A stretch of 64,000 nucleotides of DNA from Balamuthia mandrillaris (lineage: Eukaryota). The notes beneath the pieces are model-generated. The model saw only the letters and a program-made list of their open reading frames with translations, had not been told where the DNA came from and ran no database searches. The stretch lies in contig JAVKOQ020000025.1 of the NCBI GenBank assembly GCA_031835245.2, forward strand, positions 124,001 through 188,000. Direction: 5' to 3'. The first letter of the stretch is position 1; every line of letters starts with the position of its first letter. The translations under genes were made by a program, and so were the position numbers. This document shows, one piece after another, positions 24,453-35,215 of this stretch.

Positions 24453-24766
24453 GAAAGACAAAAAAAAAGAAAAACGAACGAGGCTAACGCGGTCGAGGTA
24501 CCACTCGACCGTTGCAGGGTGGTACAGCTCCTCGCTGTGCAAACGAACTTCCGGAGCAAACTTTTCGGCCAGCCTCTCCAACCATCCTTGTCGCACCCAC
24601 GAAAAAGCAACAAAAATGTATATCAGTTTTTTTTGTCTATAATAATTATTTTAAATATTATAAATAAAAAAAGAAAGTATTGAATGACACCTTTGGGAAA
24701 GCGGCTGAAATCGGTCGAGATCTGAACTTCAGGAGAGGAAGAGGAAGAGGAGGAAGAAGCTTGCAT
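21702..24766 (-). CDS. Vps62/DUF946-family protein, multi-exon
   Basis: LAEKFAPEVRLHSEELYHP; DLQYFFFYAHNG...HEGDWEHITVR; HPIVYSSKCSHA; WLRFNGDWG...GPYGP. C-terminal repeats LWDDRGTGS..DGSFWRPVPPPGYFFLGD and VWDSRGTG...SIWEPLPLPGYTAVGH. Confidence 0.8.
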
Positions 24767-25320
24767 GGCGTTGTTGTTGGTTCCAACGAAAGGAGGGAAA
24801 GAGGAAGAGAGGGAGAGTCCGTAATGATATTTTTCTTTTGCGTTGCTTTTCAAAAGGAACACAAATCGTGCAGTAAATCTTCAATATTTGTGCACCGGGA
24901 TGGTTCAGAAGAGGAGAACAAATCGAGAACCTTTTGTGCAGGGTCGGAGTTCGATGGAATTTTCTATATAAGGTAATTGTTAAAAACGGGCCAATCAGAG
25001 CGCACCTCTTCGCTCAACTGCTCGGAACGAGGAACAAAGGAGCAGGCTCTCCTGCAAAAACTGTACAAAAGATGAGAACGAAAAAACCTCTTGGAGAAAA
25101 ACGGTGAGCCATGCTGGGCCCTAAAATGGGAAAGTTTAAACAAAAAAAAACAAAATATTTAGCTCCCAAAAAGAAGAAGAGGCGGCAAGGAAGGAAGTGG
25201 GGGAGGGTGTGAAAGAAGCGCTTCGGTGCTCTGCAGGAGGAAAATAACGCGACAGCCTCTCTCTTTGTTGCTTGGATTCGCGAGTTTCGAATAGAGCACA
25301 GAGAAACAGCAAATAAAAGG

Positions 25321-27649
25321 ATGTGGCATTTCACAAAGGGTAAGTGGTGATGGTGGTTGGCTCTTGTTGTTGGTCACGGCTTGCTCCGTTTCGAAAGGAA
25401 GATGACGGCGACGATGTGGATTGACAGTGAACAAGAAGGAAAGGGGAGTAATGAAGAGAGACCCAAAGAAGTGAGAAAGGAGGAGGTGTCGAGCGAGAGC
25501 TGTGCAAAGAGAATAGAGATCTTGTCTGTAATCCCAATGTCGATTCGAAACTCACCTTTCCTTTTCTTCCTCTTCTCCGCCTCAATTCACAACAGGCCTA
25601 GTGCCCTTCCTTCTTCTTATGATCAGTCTCGTTGCTGCTCGTACGTCCAACTTCTCTTTCTCTTCCTTCTCATACCTTGTCTTTCCCTTACTTTGCTCAT
25701 CATTTCTCACTCTTCGGTTTCCCCCACCATCTTCTTCTTCTCTTTCCTCTTCTCTATGATCGGTCGGTTTCAACAACAACACAGAGACACCGCTGAACGA
25801 TCGGTGCGAGGACCGAGAAGAGCTGGCGTCTATCGACCAAATCTTTCTCTCCTCCTCCATTCTTGCCGGAGCCACCTCCGAGGAGGGAACTCCTTCTCCC
25901 TGTATGACCGCTGATCTTTCCGGAGTCTGGTACGGTTTTATGGGAGATGGAAGAGTGTTGGAGGTGTTGGCGTGCAGCCAAAACAAAACGGCAAACGAAG
26001 GACAGATCTTTGCTGCGGTTCACGTGGATGCAAGCAGTTGCCATAATGAGTCAATGACTTGCCTGGGGTCGGCGTTCTTGGGAGAGAACTGCGATGAGTA
26101 TCTGCGAGTTCCTACTACAAATGGTTTGTTTGAGTGTTAGTTAGTTTGCTTTAGTTTGGTTGCGTTTTGTTGTTGTTTGTTTTTTTTTTTTTTGTGTGTT
26201 TGGCGAAAGATGGAATGGAGAAAGTAGGACGGAAGGAATAATCACAACGTTGAAGCAAACGACCAGAAAAATGGAGAACAAGAGAACAAACAAGAAGAAG
26301 CAGAAGAACAAGAACAATCACAAGAGCAATCACATGGACAAGCACAACAACAAGAAGCAGCAGAGAGTAGAACCACAAGAAGAAGAAGAAGAAGAAAAAG
26401 AAGAGCAAGAAGCAGCTGAAGAGCAAAGAAGAAGGAGCACAACGAGAAACAACGAAAACGAGATGAAACTTAGCTATGTTTTTTTTTTCTCCCTATCGTA
26501 GGAACGGAGTACCTGCTCTTCTTGGCAGCAACGAACCCAGCGGAAGAATTTGTAATCACGCTGCAAGGCCGCTACTGCGACGGCAAGTTGGACAGCGGGG
26601 CCGTGCTGGATGTCTGTGGTATCTGCGGAGGCAACGGCACCTCCTGCTTGAGCGGTAAAAAACCCTGCCTCCTTTTTTCCTTCTATCGCTTAGTCAGTGC
26701 TTCCGCTCTCTTGGCAAACTGAAAACCAACCACAACATAAACAAACAATACAAAACAAACAGGATGTGATAACAAACCTTTCAGCATCCTCGAAGTCGAC
26801 GCGTGCGGCGTGTGCGGTGGCAACAACCAGGTGAACACAGACTGCTTTGGTTGCGACGGCGTGCCCAACTCTGGCCTCGTCCTTGATGAGTGCGGCGTCT
26901 GCGGCGGAGACAACAGCCGCTGCATGGTGGTGGACTGCGAGGGTACCATCGGTGGCAACGTTGCCCCCGACATTTGCGGCGTCTGCGGCGGCAATGGCAC
27001 GAGCTGCTTGGACTGCGCCGGCTGCCCCTGGGGCGATGCCGTGGAGGATGACTGCGGCGTCTGTGGAGGAGAGAACAGCTGCTATGGCTGTGATGGGGTG
27101 AAGTACTCGGGCATTGACTTCGATGCCTGTGGTGAGTGTGGAGGCAACGGCTCCACTTGTGTTGGATGCGATGACATTCCTTATGCTACACTTGGTTCGT
27201 AGTTTGCTAGTCTTGTCTTTCCTTCTGTTTGATGAGAGTTGGTTTTAGTTGAAAGCAAAAGTGAAAAAGAAGAAAAAAAAGTAAACAGAAAGAACTAACC
27301 TCCTCCGTTTCTTGTAGATGCTTGTGGCGTTTGCAACGGAGACAACTCCACTTGCGAATGCGTGTTCTACAAAGACTTTGGCACGCCCGAGATGGACTGC
27401 ACGCTCTTCAGCTTCACCGTTGCCAACGCCCTCAGCCAGATCAACAGCCTGTTGAGCATCTTGGAGGCCACCGACGCCGCCATCGATGCCGGCTATCCTG
27501 GCGACTTTAACGAGGTGGTGGTGGAGGAGATCATGGCTTCGAACGAGTTTATCGATGATTGTGTCAACGATTACTGCCGAGAGGTATCAACGTTTATCGA
27601 TAACATGGTGGAAGCCACAGAGGCCTTCACGAGGGCAGTTCTGGTGTAG
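25321..27649 (+). CDS. Secreted cysteine-rich protein: signal peptide + ND-C/GVWY beta domain + 7 DxCGVCGG repeats + helical tail
   Basis: Micro-exons splice to MWHFTKGLVPFLLLMISLVAAQTPLNDRCED...GVWYGFMGDG. Repeats such as GCDGVPNSGLVLDECGVCGGDNSRC follow. Stop TAG at 27647-27649. Confidence 0.8.
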
Positions 27650-27882
27650 TTAGTCGATCCGTATAAATGATATCATTGACGGTCAATGTTTTGGAATAAA
27701 CAAAAGATGAGGAAGCAAAGAACAGAACAAAAAAGCACTCATAGAAGAAGAGAGCAAGATGGGAAAAGAACGAAAGGAAGGAATGAAGAGTTAAAGTGTC
27801 AAACAAAGAAGTTTGAACGTGTATTCAAACAAGGGAAAGGAGGTGTGTGAAAAAAAAAAAAGATAAACAACAGCTACAAGGA

Positions 27883-28878
27883 TTAAGTCCGTTCGTTGCG
27901 GATCCTTCGTGCCAGTTGAATGTCCTATTGAAATAAGCAAGCAAGAAGCAAAGAAGTAGATGACGAAAGACACAAGAAGAAAGCACGGCAAGAGAAAAAG
28001 GGTAAGAAAACAGCGAAAACAAGAAAGAGGACAGGCAAAAATCAAACCTTTGGCAAAACGCTTGCCCTCTTGGCATGAATGGCACACAACTAAAGAAGCA
28101 GTGAAGAAAAGAACGAGAGTGAATAGAGAAAGAGCATAGAATGAGGTACGGAGAAGAGGAAGAACAAAGGGGAGAGAGAACGAGAGAATGAGTAAAGAGA
28201 GGAGGAGAGCGAGAGAGAACAAGAGGAGAAAAAAAAAAGGAAGGGGTCAAGGTACGTTGGCGTCAGCGAATAAGCCAACCAGGTAGGCTTCGGTGGCCTG
28301 CTGCAAAGCCTACATCGAATGAAAAAAAAAAAACAGAGAATGCGCTGTTAAGAAAGAAGAAGACGAGCAAACCAAACCAAACCTCAAACAAGAGAAGGTT
28401 GGTGGTGGTGTGATGGATTACGAACGTTAATGGCCAGCTGCTGGAACTTGAGGTCCGTGCGGTAGTCCTGGGCAATTTCTCTCACCAGCCTCTGAAACGG
28501 CATGCGTCTGAGGATCAGCTCTGTTCAGGGTTGGATGGAGTTTGTTGATCAATCGATTGATTTTCATTTTTTTTTTTTTTTGTAGATGGAAAAAGAAATA
28601 AAGGACGTCATACCGGTGCTCTTTTGATAGCGTCGGATCTCACGCAGAGCAACCACGCCAGGTTTGAAGCGGTGGGGCTTCTGCACGCCCAGCGCAAAGG
28701 GCAAACGACGAGCGAGCGGCACGACAGCCGCAGGCGAAGGAGTAGGAGAAGCAGCGGCAGCGGCAGCGGCAGCAAAAGGGGAGCGCACGGCGGCCAAGGC
28801 GGCCAGGTTGGTGGCCAGCATCTTCCTTGGGGCAAGCCCTCCGGTGGACTTCCTGGCGGTCTGCTTGGTCCTGGCCAT
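27883..28878 (-). CDS. Divergent histone H3 variant, 165 aa, 5 exons
   Basis: Exons 28878-28614, 28520-28426, 28309-28256, 28089-28048 and 27924-27883 join in frame at GT-AG sites: [23 protein letters not shown]...[102 protein letters not shown]. Confidence 0.95.
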
Positions 28879-29510
28879 GGCTATGTTGTTCTTACCTGTT
28901 ACAGTTTCTTTGCTGGCAAAAAAGTTAATCTTTTTTTTTTGTTTACGAAAAATAAAATTTTTCCAAGAAATATTATTTAAAAATAATTTATGTCGACACG
29001 TCACGAAAATCTTACTTGCGAAACGATGCCTCACCTCGAGGAATGATAATTTGTCCGGAAAATACTCCAACTCCCAAGTGAATGCAGAGAGGGAGCCGTT
29101 TCCATGACTGCATTCCCACAATCATTGAATTTTTTGGAAAGAGAATCTTACTGAAAAGAAATGGCAAGGGAAAAAAAGGGCAGCAAAAATGTCCATGCGC
29201 TTCCCCCGCTACTTTCAGCGGGGAAAATTAGTGTCGACAAGGATTACTGCCGAACCAAACCATTGCGCGTTAGTCAAGTATTCGAATAATTGCCGATATA
29301 TAATGTAACCCCTGAAAAACAGTGAAACGAAAAAAGAGAAGAAAGAGAAACGCACCTCTCTCCTTGCCATCCCCTCCCCCTCTCTCTCTGCTGGTCGAAA
29401 AAAAAAAAAAACAGGTGGTGTACCCAGAGAGGAAACTTTTGTGCAAGTTACAGAGGGTCCTCTTTTGTTTCTCTCTCTCTCTCCTTGTTGCCATATAGAT
29501 CTATAAAAGA

Positions 29511-30441
29511 ATGTATAACAACGCATGGCCTGATAGGTTTGTTTTGGCTCTCATCAACAGGAAAAAAAAAAGTTTTGTGTATGGTTAACGTGTGTGTCTG
29601 TTTGTCTCTCCTTTCTTCCCCTTTGTTCTGCTCTGCTCTTCCATTCGAGCAGCATCCAGGTGACCCAGTTCAGCACGGGCAACGCTCCTGGCTCTCAATA
29701 CGGCACGCTGGGGGGCGGCCTCGTGCCCTCCTCCCACCAACAGACCACGACCACCACCACGCGCCTCATCTCGGAGCCCGTCACCACCACCGTTCGCTAC
29801 ACCTCCTCGCCCGTGAGCACAACTTATGGCTTAGCCGCTCCTCCTCTTCCTCCTCCCTCTTACTATCCTTCTCCTCCTCCCTCCGCTGCCGCTACCTATT
29901 CTCTCCCTCCTTCCTCCTCCTCCTCCACCACCACCTACACCACCTACGCAACGAGCGCTCCCGTGACGGTCGTGCCAGGCGCCTTTGCGCCCCCTCCTGA
30001 GCTGGCCCCTCCGCCGCCCGCCACCACCCTCGCCGCGTATGCTCCTTATTACCAGGCCGCACCTCCCATGATGAGCGGGCCGGTGGGACCGCTGCCCCCC
30101 GCCACCACGCCGACGAGCTATTATCCCCCTCCGCCGGGCACGGCTCCTGTTGGTGGGACCACCTATACGACCTACACAACGTATTCCACGGGGGCTCCTC
30201 CCGTTTCGCAGACTTATGTGAGTGGCTTTTTTGTTGTTGTTGCACTTGTGCTGCTTCTTTTTTTTTTGCTTCTTCTCACTTTTCCATCTTCTTTGTTATT
30301 CTTGTTCGTTTGTTTCTTGTTATTCTACAGATGACTGGTGCAGCACCCTCAATGCCTCCCCAACATCCAACGCAAGGATACACCGACAAATGGAGAGACC
30401 CAAGCAAGGGCTTCAGGGCCAAGTTCAATGGACGGGGTTAA
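29511..30441 (+). CDS. Pro/Thr/Tyr-rich low-complexity protein with PPxY-type motif, 3 exons
   Basis: MYNNAWPD|SIQVTQF...PPLPPPSYYPSPPP...PPVSQTY|MTGAAPSMPPQHPTQGYTDKWRDPSKGFRAKFNGRG*, joined at GT-AG sites. Confidence 0.65.
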
Positions 30442-30544
30442 CCGACCCCAATCAAGAGATCTGTTGCTTCTTTTATTCCTCATTGTAAATCTGTTTTTAT
30501 TCCTATTCTCTCCTCTCTCTTCTGCTCTTTGCCTTCCCTTTTGT

Positions 30545-30592
<48 letters not shown>

Positions 30593-30621
30593 TTTCTCCA
30601 TCACGTATTTTGCATTCCTCG

Positions 30622-33378
30622 ATGACATCACTATTTTCCTGGAAAACAGGATCGTATAACGATTTTCTTTTTCTCTCCTCCTCTTTTTTCTTTAGTATAC
30701 CAGAAGACCCGTGTGAGCAAGCGCCCTTCCCTTTCAAGCCTCTTTGTGATCACAAGCATGAAGCACACAACAAAGATGAATGCACGACATCAACTGAGCG
30801 CCTCCGCTTTGAGATTTTCTTCAGGGTGCAACCTTTCTTTCCTTCCAAGAAGGACACTCTACCGTACCCCCACGACAAGCCTGTGCCTACGGAAAGCGTT
30901 CCCTGGTTCGCTTGCTGCCCCTGCTTCCGTTCCTCACTGCCATGCCCAGCATCGCAGATATTCGTACGCCAGCTCGGACAGCATGGCAGCAGAGGTGCAT
31001 AGCTTTGTTCTTCGGATGCTTCCGTGAAAGCCTCACTCGGTCCCACCTGTCCATCCCCTCGTATATGGTGCTCAAACGGTATGTCTTCTTTCATTGTCAT
31101 TGTCAGCTCTTCTTGTGCTTCTTCTTCTAGTTGTTGTTGTTTTTCTTCTTCTTGTTCTTCTTCTTTTTCTTCTTCTTCTTGTTCTTCTTCTTCTTCTTGT
31201 TCTTCTTCTTCTTGTTCTTCTTCTTCTTCTTCTTCTTGTTCTTGTTCTTGTTCTTGTTCTTCTTCTTCTTCTTCTTCTTCTTCTTCTTCTTCTTCTTCTG
31301 CTTGTTCTTGTTCTTGTTCTTCTTTTTCTTCTTGTTCTTGTTCTTCTTCTTCTTCTTCTTCTTCTTCTTCTTCTGCCTTTCTCTTATACCATGTCACTCT
31401 GTTGCAGATAGACGGATGGCAAGTGGAGACTCGCTTTACCGCTCCTCTCCTCGATGACGCCTGCCTTCATCTCACAAAAGTTATGGGCGGTGATCACCTG
31501 CTTTGGAAGCGCTTGGGCCTCCAAGTAGATAATCTTTCCTGCGTGGTCGTAGATGGAGGCTTTGCAACTGGAAAGACACGGTTTGGCTATGACCTCTACA
31601 AAAAGGTTGTCTTGGAGACAAAGAACAAACAGAACCTCTTTGCTTCATCTTCCTCCTCTTCTTCGCTGGTGGTTGAGGATCTCATTGTCTGGGACCATGT
31701 GGCTTATGCACGAGTGGAATGCAACAAATCCTGGGATATGTTGCATGGCGTGAACCGCGAATGGGGAGAAAGAGAGCTCTCCGCCCGTCTCCTCACAACC
31801 TATGTGACTCCCACCCTACCCTCTGGCCGTCATCCGGGGCTGGACGAGGTGCTCCCTCACCTGGCACGAGCAGGAACCAACTTGATGGACGGCGGGTGCA
31901 AAGGCAACGTTGCGTTGGTACTACACTTTGACGATGCTCATCTCTGCCCAACCAACTTTGAAACGGTTCTACGAGCAGTCTACTCATACAACGAGCATCA
32001 GTGCAGAACCCAGAGTAACAACTTCACAATCGTCTTGCCTGTTATTTCTGGTACAGAGGTAGCTTCTCAATGGAACTTTGGAGGCTTTCACCCTCATGCA
32101 GTCCACTTGAGTCAGGCACCCAACCTTGGAGAAGACACTTATCAGGAACGTCATGTCTATGCTCTTGTTCGAAATGCCACCAACATACAAGCTGTGCAAT
32201 CGACGGTGTTAGAGGAAATTCCGGACATGGCGCATGAAGGATGTTGGAAGCTGGCCGCTAGCTGCCATGCATCTCGGCGTTGCTGTTGCAGAGACTGGAA
32301 GAGAGCAGCAGAAGAAAGCAACAGAGATGATGGTAGAGGAATGGAGAAAAGCAGAAGCTACCTTTTTGAAGGTTATGGACAGCATTTTAAAGAGAGAACT
32401 GGATGACCTTAAGCAACGAGTTGGAACAGAGGGAATGCGTAAGTTGCTGTATCTCTCCTTACTAGCTGAAAAGGTTTGCTTGTTATCTTGTTTTGAAGCT
32501 TCACCATGACTCGATTAACGTTGTCTTCTTTTCAGGTGGATGAAAGGGAACCGGTAGGCGAAGTCAGCTTGGGTCATCTTAAGCGATATGGACTGTTGGA
32601 GTTACAGAAGAGAGGTGATGGATATTACGTCAATATGAGCCTCCCTCTGTTCAGCCTCATCAACCAACAAAAGGAAACACAAATCCTTCCTCCTTACCTG
32701 GTTCGTTCCTGTGCTACCGATGACCGCCTCGCCAGCAACAACACCGTTCCGATAGAAGCTCAACTCTACAGCCTAGTGACACGTTTCAACGCGTTGTGTT
32801 TGTTGCGAGTGCGTACCTCTGACATTCATCTTAGCACGCTCCGGAGGACTTCTCTATCTCCGATGAAGTTTCCTACAAATGATTATCTTCTGGCCTCAAA
32901 ATCTCAAGCCTTCTCAGCTGCAAGACACGATGAGCCACTGGAGATCAAAGTGGTGGAAGATAAGATAAAAGAGAGAGAAGCAGAGGAAGCTAGTGAGCTA
33001 CAACAGATGGAAACTAAGAAAGCGTGGACAGCAGGATTCATCGCAAGGAAGAAAGATCATAAGAGGGAAGTGGATGCCTGGGTCAAATTTGACAACTTCC
33101 TTTACGTCATGCGCAACCAACACAAAGAAGTGGAACAACAGAAGGAAGAAGAAGAGGAGCAGACGATGAGCGGATTGGCGAAGCAACTGGTCAAACGTTA
33201 TCCTGAGGCGAATGCTTTCGAAATCCTGAACAGCAACGACTCCCTATCTCACCAAGAAATGACAGAGTTCTATAAAATGACAGTAAATGATCCGCAGCTG
33301 AACACCAGGTCTTGGATGCTGATCACTGAGGAGACCGCTGGAAGACTGTTGCGCCCCTTTTTGCGACACAATAAGTAG
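30622..33378 (+). pseudogene. Crinkler/CR-type P-loop NTPase + REase-like gene, apparently disrupted
   Basis: Walker A VVVDGGFATGKT, Walker B LVLHFDDAH, IVLPVISGT, DVGSWPLA helical motif, and C-terminal VDAW...NQHK. The frame changes near 32212-32234, and an in-frame TAG lies at 31000-31002 upstream. Confidence 0.5.
31120..31372. repeat. Intronic (TTC)n/(TTG) trinucleotide mosaic
   Basis: Directly visible between the GTATGT donor at 31079 and an AG acceptor at ~31407-31411. Confidence 0.9.
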
Positions 33379-33501
33379 GCAGAAGAAGAAAGAAGAAGAC
33401 GACGAAGAAGAACAAGAACAAGAACAAACACGAGAACAAGGACAAGAAAAGTGAAGAAGCGAAGAAATTCATATTCATTCTACAAAAGTAAGAAATTGCA
33501 T

Positions 33502-34452
33502 TCAGGGTTTCATTGGAGCAGCCTGATCGCGACGCTTGTCTACCTTCTCCTTCTTCCTGTGATTCTTCTTGATGCCACTCGAGTCTCGTTTCTTCTTTTG
33601 CAGGCGGTGCTCTTTCCGCTCCTTGAGAAAAGCGGCCACTTGCTCCACATCTCCATCGAACTTGAGGAGCAGGCGTTGGTTTTGTCTTCTCCTCATGAAG
33701 CCTTGTTCTTCCAACCTCTTCAACGCGTCTTCCATTCTATCCTCCTTGTTGTTGTTTTCGACGTCTATTTCGGAGGAAGAAGAAGAAGAGAGGGCGGTGT
33801 GTTTCTCCCATGAAGAAACCTTTGGTATGTCCTTGTTTTTGTCCTGACCTGCCGCGTGTTCTTCATCTTGCTTCTTCGTCTCTCCTCCTTTCTCATTCCC
33901 TTGTTGCTTGGCCAGACGCCTTTCTTTTCTCGCCTGCTGACGTTGCATCTTCCTTTGCTCTCTAACTTTCTGCTTCTCAGCATTCTGACGCTCTTTCACC
34001 TGCCACCTTTCTTCGTTCCGCTTACCTTTGTTTCCTTGCCTCCTCTTAGTCGGAGTAGTCGCAACAGCAGAAGAGGGTAACTCTGTCGAGTCCACATCCC
34101 TCTCCTCCTCCCGCTGCTCATTAACTACGACCTTTGACGCGGTGTCCTCTTGCTCCTCTCCGTCTGCTGCGTCCCTCTTGCTCTTCTGTTGTTCCACGAA
34201 GCACCTCTCTTTCCGCTGCTGACGTTGCTTCTTCCTTTGCTCTCGCTCCTCCTTTTGCTGTTCCCTCAACATTCTACGCTGCTGTCTCTCTTGCTTCTGC
34301 CTTTCGTCATGGTTGGTCTCGGCTTCGTTGGGAGCAGCGCCTGCAAGAACGGGAGTTACTGTGGGTTGGGCGTTGTTGATGAACGTGACCACCACGCGAA
34401 CTTTGTTCGAGTTCGCTTCGATGTTGATGTCCTCGTTGATGTTTTGTTGCAT
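33502..34452 (-). CDS. Intronless charged coiled-coil protein with C-terminal UBA-like domain
   Basis: 316-aa ORF. EDALKRLEEQGFMRRRQNQRLLLKFDGDVEQVAAFL matches the LxxxGF...N..LL...GD...V UBA pattern. Confidence 0.7.
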   Translation of the reverse strand: MQQNINEDINIEANSNKVRVVVTFINNAQPTVTPVLAGAAPNEAETNHDERQKQERQQRRMLREQQKEEREQRKKQRQQRKERCFVEQQKSKRDAADGEEQEDTASKVVVNEQREEERDVDSTELPSSAVATTPTKRRQGNKGKRNEERWQVKERQNAEKQKVREQRKMQRQQARKERRLAKQQGNEKGGETKKQDEEHAAGQDKNKDIPKVSSWEKHTALSSSSSSEIDVENNNKEDRMEDALKRLEEQGFMRRRQNQRLLLKFDGDVEQVAAFLKERKEHRLQKKKRDSSGIKKNHRKKEKVDKRRDQAAPMKP

Positions 34453-34787
34453 GATGATGCCGTGGTAGAGTGCTTATCGTTTTGTTTTTGTGCGGTTTGA
34501 ATAAACCCTTGTGTGTGGATGTATCACTTAGGAGTGAGTTGTTTGCTAACGATGAAAAATCAGACACTCCACCCAAACACATGTATTTGTACTTTTTGCG
34601 TTGGCCTACATTGTCGTGTTCGTGGTGCATAAGCAACTCACGACATTTTTGAGGTTAATGTCGTTCTGGTTTCGTGTGCTTGCCTCCCCTTTCATTTTTT
34701 TTCCTGAACCGACGCCCAATTTTCCTGCCAGATTTCCTCTCATTTTTGATATTTTGTCGACAATCCTGTTATTTTATTTGATCTACT

Positions 34788-35020
34788 TTTTCAAATCACC
34801 AACCAAAAATCAAAAATTGGTCGACCAAAAACCTTGTAATCAGATCTGATCAGTGGCAGACGACTCCTCTTGTCGACAACAAAGATGTCTACAGCTGCGC
34901 AGCCAGTGCACAGGTGCTTCCCAACCAGAGCAGCAGAGCTGCACCGCAGCGGTATCCTAATTAAACATAACAGCAAACAAAATATTAATATTTTTTGATT
35001 TTTGATTGGTGGTTTGAAAA
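34788..35020. repeat. 29-bp inverted repeat pair (27/29 match) bracketing 175 bp
   Basis: 34788-34816 is TTTTCAAATCACCAACCAAAAATCAAAAA; the reverse complement of 34992-35020 is TTTTCAAACCACCAATCAAAAATCAAAAA. Confidence 0.8.
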
Positions 35021-35215
35021 TTTTTTTCAAAGATCAATCGGACGACTTCTTTTTTTGCTTTCTTTCTTTCTTTCTTTCTTTCTTTCTGGAGTTTGATTGG
35101 AACTCAACAAAAGAAAGCAACCCTCCTTGTTGTTGTTGTTGTTGTTACCCTCAAAACCCAAACCTCCCAAAAACAAAATTATCTTTGTTTTTTTTTTCCA
35201 AAACACAAAAAAAAA

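Noticed and set aside
27883..28878. H3 variant as centromeric CenH3/CENP-A
   Set aside because: It retains Q68 and F84, canonical loop-1 length and a canonical [14 protein letters not shown]-terminus; only T107 differs.
31000..31002. Stop-codon readthrough or an alternative genetic code at the in-frame TAG
   Set aside because: TAA, TAG and TGA all terminate well-supported genes in this window; pseudogenisation, splicing or sequence error is simpler.
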